From Mobula hypostoma (taxonomy: Eukaryota): a stretch of DNA of 64,000 nt. Every line of letters begins with the position of its first letter. Within the stretch, counting starts at the first letter, position 1. This document shows positions 1 through 13,300 of this stretch, piece by piece. Where the stretch lies: positions 239,012,001 to 239,076,000 of the forward strand of contig NC_086097.1 of NCBI RefSeq assembly GCF_963921235.1, in the 5' to 3' direction. A program made the translations under genes and the position numbers. Under the pieces are notes generated by a model. That model was not told where the DNA came from and ran no database searches. It worked only from the letters and a program-made list of their open reading frames with translations.

Positions 1-122
1 GAATCAAAGGTTAAGGGGAGAAGGCAGGAACTGGATACTGATTGTGGATGATCAGCCATGATCACAGTGAATGGCGGTGCTGGCCTGAAGGGCCGAATGG
101 CCTACTCCTGCACCTATTGTCT
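1..122 (+). mobile_element. CR1-like LINE 3' end
   Basis: 3' UTR motif gatgatcagccatgatca...gaatggcggtgc...gaagggccgaatggcctactcctgcacctatt, also seen at 15870-15940. Confidence 0.75.
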
Positions 123-129
123 ATCGGGA

Positions 130-620
130 GTAGTGGGTTAGGTGCCGTGGGGTGTGTGTCCAGAAACCTGAGACTTGGGGCTGACTCTTTGGGCGCAGAG
201 CACAGAAAAAATAATGTAACAGACTATAAACATCATAAATCAGGGAGTTGTGTGTTATGTCTCTCCTCTTGCTGTGAAAAGAGGACATCTCTTTTTCCCT
301 TATTAGGCAGAAAGAGAGCCTGTGGTATATCGAATTACCGGGTGAAGAAGTAGTCTTTGGGGTACTGCAAGTCTGTGTCTTTATTGATGCTTTGCTGCCT
401 GCTTATGCTTGGTCGATGCTTTTTTCTGGTGGGGGGGTGGACATTGCCTTGCTGCTGCTTGTGCGTGGGGGTGGAAGCTGGAGAGGCTTTAGGGTTCTAA
501 AGTTATACTGTCATTCATTCTTTGGGACACTCCTCTGTTTTTGTGGATGCTTGCGAAGAAAAAGAATTTCAATATGTATATTCTATACATTTCTCTGACA
601 TTAAATGTACTTATTGAACC
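130..620 (+). repeat. Probable non-autonomous retroelement / interspersed repeat
   Basis: Ends in a LINE-type tail (aaaaagaatttcaatatgtatattctatacatttctctgacattaaa); no coding signal. Confidence 0.4.
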
Positions 621-796
621 TATTAAAAGCTAGAAGCAACTGTGAAGGAAAATAAAATACTACTCGTGAGATAGTAATTAGTGAGGCTCAAATGGGAAAG
701 TCTCTCCATTGTTGGTGGCCTTAACTTCAATATTGTCTATCTCTTCTCCCCATCAAGCCTTTCTCCTTAATTATCACATGGCCAGCCTCTTTGATC

Positions 797-1325
797 AAAA
801 CTCATACAAAATGCTGGAGGAACTCAGCCGTTCAGGCAGCATCCATGGAAATGAAAAAACAGTCAACGTTGCATCCCTGTATCTTTCTTCAGGACTGGAA
901 AGGAAGGGGGAAATTAACAGAATAAAAAGTTGGGGAGAGGGGAAAGGGGACTAGCTAGAAGGTGATCACTGAAGCCAAACAGGTGGGAAAAGTAACAGGC
1001 TGGAGAGAAAGAAATCTGATAGGAGAGGAGAGTGGACCAAAGGAGAAATAGAAGGAGGAGGGGACCCAGAGAGAGGTGATAGGAAGGAGAAGAGGCCAGA
1101 GAGGGGAATAAAATACGGGGGAAGGGACGGAAATTTTTACCAGAGAAAGAAATCTATATTCGTGCTATAAGTTTGGAAGCTACCCAGACAGAATATGAGG
1201 TGTTGTTCCTCAAACCTGCAGGTGGCCTCAAGATGAAACACGGGAGAAGTCTATAGCAGGCAGAGGAGAGAGAGGCCTGAAGATGTGGCAGGAACTGAGA
1301 CAGAGTCTGCACCTTTCTCCTCATA
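797..1325 (-). mobile_element. Penelope-like element 3' fragment
   Basis: Minus strand encodes a GIY-YIG C-terminus remnant (RFEEQHLIFCLGSFQTYSTNIDF), then a pyrimidine-rich UTR, a decayed hammerhead motif (about 860-897) and the shared tail ctgagttcctccagcattttgt. Confidence 0.7.
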
Positions 1326-2290
1326 GCAGAGGGTGGCACCTAAAATTCCGAGTGAGAAGCGACAGAAGAAGCAGTCAATCAAACGTGAGTACCTGGGATC
1401 TTCAGGGGATCATAACTGGGATCCCTGAAAATGAAGCTGGAAGCCATGCAGAACAAGATGGCAGTGATGACAAGTCCCCAGGAAGTATACGTGTCCGTGT
1501 AGTGAGTCTGGGACAGCACATAGTCAGAGAGTTGGAGAGCAGCAGACATCACAGGGGGAGCAGTGAGAAAGAATCTCTCTGAACTCCTGTCGAAGAGAAG
1601 ATTTAAACTTCCTCAGGGTAGGCATCCCTTGAAGATTCGGCAGTGGAGCAGAAAATCATAAACCCGAGATATTCTGCAGATGCTGGAAATCCAGAGCGAC
1701 ATACACAATGTCGGAGGAACTCAGCAGATCAAATCTTTAATTACCTGCACTAATATAGTCATTTGCAGCTCAGTGTTAATTATTCATTTTGTGGGAAATG
1801 TACTGGAAATATATTTCCCTGCTGCAAAGGTGCTAAATAAATGGAGATTACCCTTGGTAAGTTTGTCTTAAGATTTCTGCAGTTGAATACTAATGTAAAG
1901 AGCAGTGGACATTTGGCACCTATACAAATTTGCTCCCCTTGTGTGAGTAAAAATAAAGAAATTTGAATAAGATAATGAGTAGACAAAGGAAAAGAAGCCT
2001 TGCCTACCACTTTTCATGCCATGGTGGAAGCAATACCTGGTATACAGGCCTTTCAGTCGAAGAAATCTTTAAATACAGTAAGTGAAGGATTAAGGTTAAC
2101 TCCTCTGCCGAATTGGACAGTACATCAGAGTTAGTGTTCAGGCTGTTCAGGGTATGTTAATGGCGACCTACAGGGGTTTGATGCCATCTGAACAAACAGT
2201 TAAGAAAATGGGTACTAAAGCTGCTCATTCCCTGGTGTCAACCAACAGAGGAGCTCATGTTTTTCCTGATTCTAATCCATCTGTTTCTAA

Positions 2291-2555
2291 GCCGGCTGGT
2301 GGCGTAGTGGCATCAGTGCTGGACTGCGGGGCAGAGGTTCCAAAGTTCAAATCCAGCCGGCTCCCCCCCGGCACGCTTTCCATCCGTGCGGGGTTAAGAG
2401 CTGGTGATCTCTTTGGGAAGAAAACTCACCTGGCAGAAGGCAATGGCAAACCACTGCTGTAACTTGCCTCGTACATGAATTCCAACTACGTCAGAACGGC
2501 ATGGGAGGAAGTCGTCCGCGACCCGGAAAATTCCGGATGCGACCTACATTATTAT
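2291..2555 (+). mobile_element. tRNA-derived SINE
   Basis: A box TGGCGTAGTGG (2300-2310), B box GTTCAAATCC (2345-2354), CpG-rich body and simple-repeat tail; head related to 61893-62086. Confidence 0.75.
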
Positions 2556-2599
2556 TTAATCCACCATTTGGGATATTTTAATCCAGAGGATCCCAGTTT

Positions 2600-3060
2600 G
2601 TATTCTTAAACAAGATTCTGGCTCAATAAACAGCAGCCTATTGTCCAGGTGAGCCAAAGTTGAGTGCAGAGCCTCTGAGATGGCATCCACAGTTGACCTA
2701 TTGTGGTGGAAGGTAAATTGCAGTGGGTCCAGGTCATTGCTTTGGCAAGAGTTGACCAACCTCTCAACGAATGTCATCTCAGTAGATATGAGTGCATCTG
2801 GGCGATAGTCATTGAAGCAGCTCACCCGGATCTTCTTGGGTGCTGGCATGCTTGTCACCCTTTTGAAGTGGGTGGGTACTTCCAACTGTAGCAGTGAGGG
2901 GTTGTATATCCCCTTGAACACTCTTGCCAGTTCGTTGGCATGTTTTCAATGCCCCACCGGGTATACTATCAAGGCCTGATCTCCCGTGAGGGTTCATCCT
3001 CTTGAAAGATTTTCCGATGTCGGCCTCCTAGAGAGAGATAACAGGGTCACCAAATGCTCT
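2600..3060 (-). mobile_element. Rex1/Babar-like LINE reverse transcriptase fragment
   Basis: ORF 2556-2921: PKK.RVSCFNDYRP.AL...ERLV...DPLQF...NRSTVDAI. Confidence 0.75.
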
Positions 3061-3084
3061 TTGTGACCCTTGTTATGCCTCTTT

Positions 3085-3745
3085 CAAGGAATTCTGGATC
3101 TATATTCCCTGATCCGTCTGGTCTACTGCAACCCTCAGTGCCATACTGCTCACTATGAAACTCCTACTCTGGTTTGTCCTCCCAAAGTGTAACAACTCAT
3201 ACTTGCCTATCTCACAAACATGAGGAAATCTGCAGATGCTGGAAATTCAAGCAACACACACAAAAAATGCTGGTGAACGCAGCAGGCCAGGCAGCATCTA
3301 TAGGAAGAGGTACAATCGATGTTGCTGCCTGGCCTGCTGCGTTCACCAGCAATTTTTGTGTGTGATGCTTGTCTATTCGTCATTTTTCAGTCCAGTTTTC
3401 CTGCTGGTCTAGATCCCACTGCAAGATTTGATAGCCTCCCCTCCTGACCACTATGCCCCCAACCTTGATGTCAGCCACAAATTTGCTGATCCAGTTAACC
3501 GCACTATCATCCAGATCATTAATATAGGTGAGAAAACAACAGCAGATACAGCACCAATGCCACAGGTATCCGGTCAGAGAGGCAACCATCTACTACCACT
3601 CTCTGGCTTCTCCCACAAAGTTAATATCTAATCCAATTTACTACCTCACACTGAATGCCAAGTGACTGGACATTCCTGACCAAACTCCATCGCAGGACTT
3701 TGTCAAATGCCTTGCTAAAATACATGCAAACAACATCCACTGCTC
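3085..3745 (-). mobile_element. CR1-like RT fragment interrupted by a fold-back Penelope tail
   Basis: ORF 3380-3589: YINDLD...ISKFVADIKVGG...LQWDLDQ.ENW. Confidence 0.7.
3212..3364. mobile_element. Fold-back Penelope-like tail (42-bp inverted arms)
   Basis: Arms 3255-3296 and 3323-3364 are reverse complements with 1 mismatch. Confidence 0.8.
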
Positions 3746-4189
3746 TCTCGAGATTTACGATCACTGACAGACAGTATATCATGAAATTTGTTGTTTTGTG
3801 GCAGCAGTATGATACAAGGTATTAACAAATTACTATAAGTAATAATAAATAGAAATAAATAAATAGTGCAAGGCAGGAATAACAAGGTAGTGATACTGGG
3901 CCATTCAGAAATCTAATTTCTAATGGGAAGAATCTGTTTATACAGGACAAGTAAGCTTTTCAGTACACTCAAGCATTTGTCAATGTACTTGATTTTGATT
4001 TTGGTAGCAGAACAGAACCATAGACAATTGTTTTCCACAGACATTTTCAGCATTTTCTGTTTTTAATTCATATTTCCAGCACATGCAGTTTTTCTTTATT
4101 TTGATCATCTGTCTGACAGGCCTGTTATATCGGAACAGTGGTTAATATTTGCTTTTTTCCTTCAGAAGATATTTTATGCTGCTGATCTG

Positions 4190-7100
4190 CTTAGAAAACA
4201 TAGGAAACCAACAGCACAATACAGGCACTTCGGCCCACAAAGCTGTGCCGAACATGTCCTTACCTTAGAGATTACCTAGGGTTACCAATAGCCCTCTATT
4301 TTTCTAAGCTCCATGTACCTATCCAGGAATCTCCTAAAAGACCCTATCATATCCACCTCCACCACCATTGCTGGTAGCCCATTCCACACACTCACCACTC
4401 TATGCGTAAAAACCGCTGACATCTTCTCAGTACCTACTTCCAAGCACATAAAACTGTGCCATCTCATACTAGCCATTTCAGCCCTGGGAAAAAGCCTTTG
4501 ACTGTCCATACGATCAAGGCCTCTCATCATCTAATACACCTCTATCAGGTCACCTCTCATCCTCCGCTGCTCCAAGGGGAAAAGGCCGCGTTCTCTCAAC
4601 CTATTCTCATAGGGCATGCTCCCCAATCCAGGCAACATCCTTGTAAATCTCCTCTGCACCCTTTCTATGGTTTCCACATCCTTCCTGTAGTGACGTGACC
4701 AGAACTGAGCACAGTACTCCAAGTGGGGTCTGACCAGGGTCCTATTTAGCTGCACAATTACTTCTCGACTCCTAAACTCAGTCCCATGATTGATGAAGGC
4801 TGATGCACCGTATGCCTTCTTAACCACAGAGACAATCTGCGCAGCACCTTTGTGTGTCCTATGGACTCGGACCCCAAGATCCCTCTGATCCTCCACACTG
4901 CCAAGAGTCTTACCATTAACACTATATTTTGCCATCATATTTGACCTGACAAAATGAACCACCTCACACTTATCTGGGCTGAACTCCATCTGCCATTTCT
5001 CAGCCCAGTTTTGCATCCTATCAATGTCCCGCTGTAACCTCTGACAGGCCTCCACACCATCCACAACACTCCCAACTTTTGTGACACCAGAAAATTTACT
5101 AACCCATCCCTCCACTTCCACATCCAGGTCATTTATAAAAATCACGAAGAGTAGGGGTCCCAGAAAAAAATCCCTGAGGCACACCACTGGTCACCGAACT
5201 TCATGCAGAATATGACTTGTCTACAACCACTCTTTGCCTTCTGTGGGCAAGCCAGTTCTGGATCCACAAAGCAATGTCCCCTTGGATCCCATGCGTCCTT
5301 ACTTTCTCAATAAGCCTTGCATGGGGTATCTTATCAAATGCCTTGCTGAAATCCATATACACTACATCTACTGTGCTACCTCCATCAATGTGTTTAGTCA
5401 GATTCTCAAAAAATACAGTCAGGCTCATGAAGCACGACCTGCCTATGACAAAGTCATACTGACTATTCCTAATCATATTATGCCTCTCCAAATATTCACA
5501 AATACTGCCTCTCAGGATCTTTTCCATCAGCTTACCTACTACTGAACTAAGACTCAGTGGTCTATAATTTCCTGGGCTATCTCTACTCCCTTTCTTGAAA
5601 AAAGGAACAACATCCGCAACTCATCCCCATTGATGATGCAAAGATCATCGCAAGAGGCTCAGCAATTTCCTCCCTCGCCTCCCACGGTAGTCTGGGGTAC
5701 ATCCTGTCTGGTCCTGGTGACTTATCCAACTTGATACTTTCCAAAAGCTCCAGCACATCCTATTTCTTAATATCTAAATGCTCAAGCTTTTCAGTCCACT
5801 GTAAGTCATCTCTACAATCACCAAGATCCTTTTCTGTAGTGAATACTGAAGCAAAATACTTATTAAGTATCTCTGCTATCTCCTCTGGTTCCATACACAC
5901 TTTTCCACTGCCACACTTGACTGGTCCTATTCTCTCACATCTTATCCTTTTGCTCTTCACATACTTGTAGCATGCCTTCGAGTTTTCCTAAATCCTGTCA
6001 GCCAAGGCCTTCTCATGGCCCTCTTCTGGCTCTCTGAATTTCATTCTTAAGCTCCTTCCTGCTAGCCTTATAATCTTCTAGATCTCTATCATTACCTTGA
6101 TTTTTGAACCTTTCGTAAGCTTTTCTTTTGTTCTTGACTAGATTTACAACAGCCTTTGTACACCACGGTTCCTGCACCCTACCATCCTTTCCCTGTCTCA
6201 TTGGAAGGTAACTTCACTCAGATATCCCCTGATATCTCATTTCTTCTGTACATTTCTTTGAGAACATCTGTTCCCAATTTATGCTTCCAAGTTCCTGCTT
6301 GATAGCCTCATATTTCCCCTTACTCCAGTTAAACGCTTTCCTATTTGTCTGTTCCTATCTCTCTCCAATGCTATGTTAAAGGAGATAGAATTATGATCAG
6401 TATCTCCAAAACGCTCTCCCACTGAGAGACCTGACACTTGACCTTGTTCATTTCCCAATACCGGGTCAAATACAGATTCTCTTCTTGTAGGGTTATCTAC
6501 ATATTGTGTCAAGAACCTTCCTGAACACACCTAACAAACTCCATCCCATCTGAACCCCTTGCTCTGGGGAGATTCCAGTCAATATTTGGGAAATGAAAAT
6601 CTCCCACTACAACAGGCCTGTTATTATTACGCCTTTCCAGAATCTGTCTTCCTCTCTGCTCCTTAAAATCCCTGTTACTATTGGGAGGTCCTTAAAAAAC
6701 ACCCAGTAGATTTGTTGACTCCTTCCTGTTCCTAATTTCCACCCACAGAGTAGACAATCCATCCATGACTTCCTCCTTTTCTGCAGCCCTGACACTATCT
6801 CTGATCAGCAGTGCCATGCCCCCACCTTTTTTGCCTCCCTCCTTGTCCTTCCTGAAACATCTGAAGCCTGGCACTCTAAGTAACTATTCCTGCCCCTGAG
6901 CCATCCAAGTCTCTGTAATGGCCACGACATCATAGCTCCAAGTACTGATCCACGCTTTAAGCTTATCCACTTTGTTCATAATATTCATTGCATTAAAATA
7001 GACACATCTCAAACCATTGTTCTGAGCGTGTCCCTTCTCTATCACCTACCTATCCTCCCTCTCACACTGTCTCCAAGCTTCTCAATTTGTGAGCCAACCG

Positions 7101-7790
7101 CCTCTTCCTTCGCCTCTTCAGTTCTTTTCCCATCCCCCAGCAATTCTAGTTTAAACTCTCCCCAATAGCCTTAGCAAACCTCCCTGCCAGGAAACCGTGC
7201 AAACTGTCCTTTTTGTACAGGTCACACCTGCCCCAAAAAAGGTCCCAATGATCCAGAAATCTGAATCCCTGACCCCTGTTCCAATCCCTCAGCCTTGCAT
7301 TTATCTTCCACCTCACTCTATTCCTACACTCACTGTCACATAGGACATACAGTAATCCCGAGATTACTACCTTTGATGTCCTGCTTCTCAACTTCCTTAC
7401 CAACTCCCTGTAGTCTGTTTTCAGGACCTCCTCCCTTTTCCAACCTATGTCATTGGTACCAATATGTACCACAACCTCTGGCTGTTCTTCCCACTTCATG
7501 ATATCGTGGATGCGATTAGAAGCATCCTGGGCCCTGGCACCTGGGTGGCAAACTACCATCTGTGTTTCTTTCCTGCAACCATAGAATCGCCTGTCTGACC
7601 CCCTAACTATAGAGTCCCCTATCACTGCTGCCACCCTCTTCCTTTCCCTACCCTTCTGAGCCACAGGGCAGACTCTGTGCCAGAGGCGCAGCCACTGATG
7701 CCTCCCCAAAGTTGGCCATCCCCCCCAACAGTACTCAAACAGGAGTACTGATTGTCAAGGGGTACAGCCACAGAGGTATTCTCTAGCATC
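4190..7790 (-). mobile_element. Near full-length, decayed CR1-clade LINE (ORF1 esterase + ORF2 APE/RT)
   Basis: ORF1 has SGNH/GDSL-like motifs VIGDSIVRG and HIGTNDIG (7146-7709). APE remnants at 6279-6990 (FRCFRKD.EGGKKGGGMALL, DTDHNSISF). RT at 4282-5600 (VDVVYMDFSKAFDKIPH, LGPLLFVIFINDL, VRPHLEYCAQFW). 3' UTR to about 4190. Many stops and frameshifts. Confidence 0.9.
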
Positions 7791-7974
7791 TTTCAGGAGC
7801 TATTCTAAACATAGAATATGCCAGAAGCAAATGAATTACATAAACCTGGAATAAATTCATCAGGGTTGAATTTTCGTGGGGTTTGTACTTGTTTCTGCTG
7901 GTACTTTGCCCAAAAATGGATTGGTACCAAACTTTTTTTTGGCACAAACAGAGGGAAAATTCCCAAGGAACAGT

Positions 7975-9550
7975 TCAAAGTTCAAAGTAAATTTATTATC
8001 AAAGTACATATTTGTCTCCATATACAACCCTGAGAATTTCTTGTGGGCATGCACAACAAATCCAATAACCATAATAGAATCAATGAAAGACCATACCAAC
8101 AGAGCAGAAAACCAGTGTACAAAACATAGGAAACTGTAAATACTAAAAGAAAGAAAAATAATAAAAATAATAATTAATCAGGGCAATAAATATTGAGAAC
8201 ATGAGATGAAGAGTCCTTGAAAGAGAGCATGACCTGGGTGGTAGGGGTCCCTGATGATTGGATGCTTCCTTCCTGCGACAGCTCTCCATATGGATGTACT
8301 GAACGGTGGGGAGGGCTTTACCAGTGATGGACTGGGCCATATCTATTACTTTTTCTGAGAGTTTCCCTTCAAGGGCATTGGTACTTCCATATCAGCCTAT
8401 AATGCAGCCAGTCTGTGTATCTCCACCAGACATGTATAGCAGTTTGTCAAAGTTCCAGAAGTCATGCTGATTCTTCACAAACTCCTAAGGAAGTAGTGGC
8501 ACTGCCATTCAGCAAAGACAAGAGAGCATGGACTGGATGATGGGGGTCCTTGATGGTGGATGCTGCTTTCCTGTGACAGCAACCCTTGTGGTGGGGAGGG
8601 CTTTAGCCGTCATTGTCTGGGCCATATCTATGACTTTTTCAAGGCGTCTCTATTCATTGTTGTTTTCATACCAGGCTTTAATGCAACCAGTCAGTATACT
8701 TGCCATGATGCACCTATAGAAATTTGTCAGTGTTTTAGATGATATGCTATAACTTCACAAATTTCATTATAATGGGACTCAAGTGCTGGTCCCAGGACAG
8801 ATCCTCTGATATGATAACAGCCAGGAAATTAAAGACACTGACACTCTTCATCTCCAATACCCTGTTGAAAACTGGCTCAGGGACCTCCAGTTTTCTCCTC
8901 CTGCAGTCAATAGGTTCTTTGCTTTCACTGACATTACACTTCTGAGGCACCATTCAGACAGAATTTCCATCTCCTTCTTCTATGCTGACTTGATTTGATT
9001 TGGCCAACAACAGTGGTGCCATCACCAAACTTCAGTATGGCATTGCAGCTTTGCTTAGCCTCACAGTCACAAGTATAAAGTGAGTAAAGCACACAGCCTT
9101 GTGGGGCAGCCGTGCTAAAGAAGATTGTATAGGAGGTGTTGTTGCCAATCCAAACTAACTGGAGTCTGCAAGTGACAAAATCAAGGATGCAATTGCACAA
9201 GGGAATATTGAGGCCAAAGTGTTGAAACTTAATGATTAGATTTGAGAAGATGATTGTAATGATTGCCACGCTATTGTTAATAAGGAACATCCTGATGTAT
9301 CCATCTTTGCTATCCAGATGTTCCATGGTTGAGTGAAGAGCCAATGAAATGGCATCTGCTGTGGACCAGTTGTCCTGGTAGGCAAACTGGAGCTAATCCA
9401 AGTTGTTTCTAAGGCAGGAGTTGTTTTATTTCATCACGACCCCCTCAAAACACTTCATCACTGTGCGTGTAAGTGCTACTGGATGATGGTCATCTTCTTC
9501 TTAGCCACCAGTATAATTGAAGTCTGCTTGAAGTAGATGGGTAAGCAGTG
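7975..9550 (-). mobile_element. Cluster of decayed Rex1/Babar-like LINE fragments and 3' tails
   Basis: ORF 8934-9344 (ALHSTMEHLD...APQGCVL.SLYT.DC...LKFGDGTTVVG); the tail tgataataaatttactttgaactttga is repeated across the window. Confidence 0.65.
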
Positions 9551-9639
9551 TCTGTTATCTATTGCAAGACCAAGATACAGCAATGAGCTATTCAATTTTC
9601 ACTCTCATCTGAATCCTTTAAGATGGATTCACCATTCTA

Positions 9640-10400
9640 TGAATCAGAATCAGAGACAGATTTATTGTTACTGACATACTGCCCATTGTTGCTTTCCAGC
9701 AGCAGTACATAAAAATACTATAAGTAACAAAAATAGTACATCAAAATATAAATAAGTAGCGCAAAAGAGCAAAATAGTGAGTTTACGTTCTTTGGTTTAT
9801 AGACTATTCAGAAATCTCATTGTGGAGGGGAAGAAAGCTGTTCCAAAAATGATAAGTGTGTGGCTTTAGGCTCCTGTAGATACTTGCTGATGGATGTAAT
9901 GAGAAGGTGGCATATCCTGGATGGTGAGGCAAATCCATGATGAATGCCGGCTTCTGGAGACATTGCCTTTGAAGATCTTGATGCTGGGGAGGCTAGTGCC
10001 CATGATGGAGCTGACTGAGTCTACAAACCTCTGCAGATTTTTTTTCCAATCCTGTGCATTGGCGCCTCCATACTGTACGGTGGTACAACCAGTTAGAATG
10101 CTCTCCACGGTATATCTGTAGGAATTTGCCAGTCCAGTGACATGCCAAACCTTCTCAGACTCCTAATGAAGGATAGCAGCTGGCATCCTTTCTTTGTGAT
10201 TGCATCAATATGCTAGGCCTAAGATACATCTTCAGAAAGGTTGGCACCCAGAAGCCGGAAGCTGGTCACACCTTCTGCTACTGATCCCTTGTTGAGAACA
10301 GGGATGCATTCTCTCAATTTCCCTCTCCTGAAGTCTGCAATCAATTCCTTCAGTGCAAGTCTGTTGTGGTGACACCACACAACCAGCAGATCTGTCTCAT
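9640..10400 (-). mobile_element. Rex1/Babar-like LINE 3' fragment
   Basis: ORF 9866-10108 (ESILTGCTTV.YGG.NAQD.K.LQR.VDS.SSIMGTSLPSI); (ctgatt)n-like tail at about 9640. Confidence 0.7.
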
Positions 10401-11332
10401 CCCTGTCTCCTCACCCCTATGCAAATTATTCTCCAGTAAATGGAAAGCTTAACCTTTCCTAATGTAAACAGCTCAGTAGTTTTCCTCTCTATACAGTAAC
10501 ATTCCAACAAAACTTCATTAGCTATAATTGGAAGTATTATTGCCTGTGGCATGTAATTTTCCCCATCGAAGATGCTTGACAGGAATTGAGGCTTACAATT
10601 ATGACTTTACATCTGAGATTATCTGTCCAATTTCCCACTTTATTCACCCAGAGCACTGTCACTTGGAAGATTCCATTCATAAAATGATTCATTTTGTAAA
10701 CAACAAAAAGAAATTCTGAATGATTCTACCTCCGTTCCACTCAATACAATTGTAGCTATTTCTGTAGCACAAATTACATTGGACTTTATAAAGCTCAATA
10801 AAATAATTGCCACCTTAGAAGGCACAACAACATAATGGACGATATGGGCTTGTTTCCAACATTTAGGAGATGCTTGGATAGGGACATAGATGGGAGGGTA
10901 TGGAGGATGTTGGTCCAGGTGCAATTGATGGGAGAAGGTGGACTAACAGTTCGGCATTGTCGTTGCATGAGTGAAGTCACCAGAGAGAAATACTGGTAGA
11001 TATAAAGTGAAATTTCTTTATTTGACAAAACTAGATACAGCAAGCATCATATCGAGAACCTTTTGAAGGAAGAAGGCCTATTTTACCCAACACAACACAA
11101 CATTTTATATGCAAAAATTTAAAGGACAATTCCATATTTGCATTGCTTCCTTTGAACTACCTGTAGAAGTTTCAAATGCCTGAATCTTTTCATCATCATC
11201 ACACCCAAAGTAAGTGTCACTTACTGTTGTATCAATGCAATGGGATTTGTGTACATAAAGACAATTAGGTAAGCGCCTGTTCAATAAGATCGTAAGATAT
11301 ATAGGAGCAGAATTAGGTCAATTGTCCTATCT

Positions 11333-12002
11333 GAACATAGAACATAGAATAGTACAGCACAGTACAGGCCCTTCAGCCCACAATATTGTGCTGACCCTTA
11401 AACCCAGTCTCCTATATAACCCCCCACCTTAAATTCCTCCACATACCTGTCTAGTACTCTCTTAAATTTCACTAGTGTATCTGCCTCCACCACTGACTCA
11501 GGCAGTGCATTCTACGCGCCAACCACTCTCTGAGTAAAAAACCTTGCTCTAATATCCCCCTTGAACTTCCCACACCTTACCTTAAAGCCATATCCTCTTG
11601 TATTGAGCAGTGGTGTCCTGGGGAAGAGGCGCTGGCTATCCACTCTATCTATTCCTCTTAATACCTTGTATAACTCTATCATCTCTCCTCTTATCCTCCT
11701 TCTCTCCAAAGAGTAAAGCTCTAGCTCCCTTAATCTCTGATCATAATGCATACTCTCTAAACCAGGCAGCATCCTAGTAAATCTCCTCTGTACCCTTTCC
11801 AATGCTTCCACATCCTTCCTATAGTGAGGCAACCAGAACTGGACACAGTACTCCAAGTGTGGCCTAACCAGAGTTTTATAGAGCTGCATCATTACATTGC
11901 GACTCTTAAACTCTATCCCTCGACTTATGAAAGCTAACACCCCATAAGCTTTCTTAACTACCCGATCCACCTGTGAGGCAACTTTCAGGGATCTATGGAC
12001 AT
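11333..12002 (-). mobile_element. Young 5'-truncated CR1-like LINE
   Basis: ORF 11512-11970 is an RT C-terminus (LVRPHLEYCVQFW...); 3' tail (ttctatg)n. Close relative of 36598-37258, which lies in the opposite orientation. Confidence 0.9.
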
Positions 12003-12009
12003 GTCTTTA

Positions 12010-13300
12010 TACCCTTGCAGTTCCTTAGCTCTCTCCACAATGATTAAACCCTTTCTGACCCTATGTCACCTCATTCTAATGAATTGATTTCATTTTTTAC
12101 CAACAGAGCAACACTGCCCCCTCTGCCTTCCTGCCTACCCTATCGATACTACGTGTATCCTTGGACATGAAGCTCCCAGCTTCAACCTTTCGGCCATGAT
12201 TCAGTGATGCCTACAACATCATACCTGCCAATCTGCAACTGTGCTGCAATTCATATACTTCATTCCCTATACGATGCACATTCAACATCTTTTTTTCCTG
12301 TATTCACCCTTTTCAATTTTGTCCACCTTTCACTCTGTAACTCATCCTGTTGACTGCAATTTTGCCCCATCAGCAGCCTCTCCTCACTACGCATTGCCTA
12401 TTTTTGTAAACCATCTACCTCATCTTTAGCACTACTATTCACCTTTCCTGTGATATTTCTTGCATTGAAATATAGACAGCTCAGGACACTAGTCAGACAG
12501 TTCAACCTTTGTCTGCCTCCACAACATCTCTACTAACTGTTCTGGCATTCTGGTTCCCATCCCTCTGCAACTCTAGCTTAAATCATAACACAGCATTAAC
12601 AGACCTCCTGCTAGGATATTAGCCCCCTCCAGTTCAGATGCTAACCAACCCTTTTGTACAAGTTCCACCTTCCCTGGAAGAGAGACCAATGATCCAAAAA
12701 TCTTATGCCTTCCTTCCTACACCAACTCCTTAGCCACGTATTAAACTGTATAATCTTCCTTGCTCTAGCCTCACTAGCACGTGGGGAGGGTAGCAATCCC
12801 GAGATCACCAAGCTGGAGATCCTGCCCTTTAACTTAGCACCTAAGTCTCTGAACTCCCTATGCAGAACCTCATCACTTCTTTCACACATGTCATTGGTAC
12901 CTACATGGACCGTGACTTCTGGCTGTTCACCCTCCCACTTAAGAATGCTGAGGAGTCAATCCGAGATATCTCGGAGCCCGGTACCTGGGAGGAATCTCAT
13001 TCTCACCCACAGAACATCCTGTCCATTCCCCTAACTAACGAATCCCTTCTCACCACAGTGTGCCTCTTCTCCCATTCTTACCTTCTAAGTCTCAGAGTGA
13101 GAAGTTCAGTGCCAGACATCCGAACACTGTGATTCTCCTCTGTTGGGTTATTCCCTCTGGACAGTATCCAAAGTAATTAACCTGTTGTTGAGGATGAATT
13201 AAAAAACTTAAGCTGTGCTTTCCTTTCTTTGCAGAAGCCACGAAGAGCTGAAGTCTCAAGATCACCACTCTGACTGTGTCCACTCAGACGATGGCCACTG
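12010..13300 (-). mobile_element. 5' part of an older CR1-like LINE (ORF1 esterase remnant)
   Basis: ORF 12641-12889 (LGAKLK.R.S..VISGLLP.P...WLRSWCRKEG.RFLDHW) is homologous to ORF1 at 7146-7709. Confidence 0.75.

Noticed and set aside
2291..2365. Possible tRNA gene
   Set aside because: A and B boxes are present, but there is no convincing cloverleaf and it continues into a SINE body with a second copy at 61893.
4531..5187. 218-aa ORF as a functional reverse transcriptase or host gene
   Set aside because: It is part of a CR1 ORF2 with stops and frameshifts, and the catalytic FADD motif reads FSGV.
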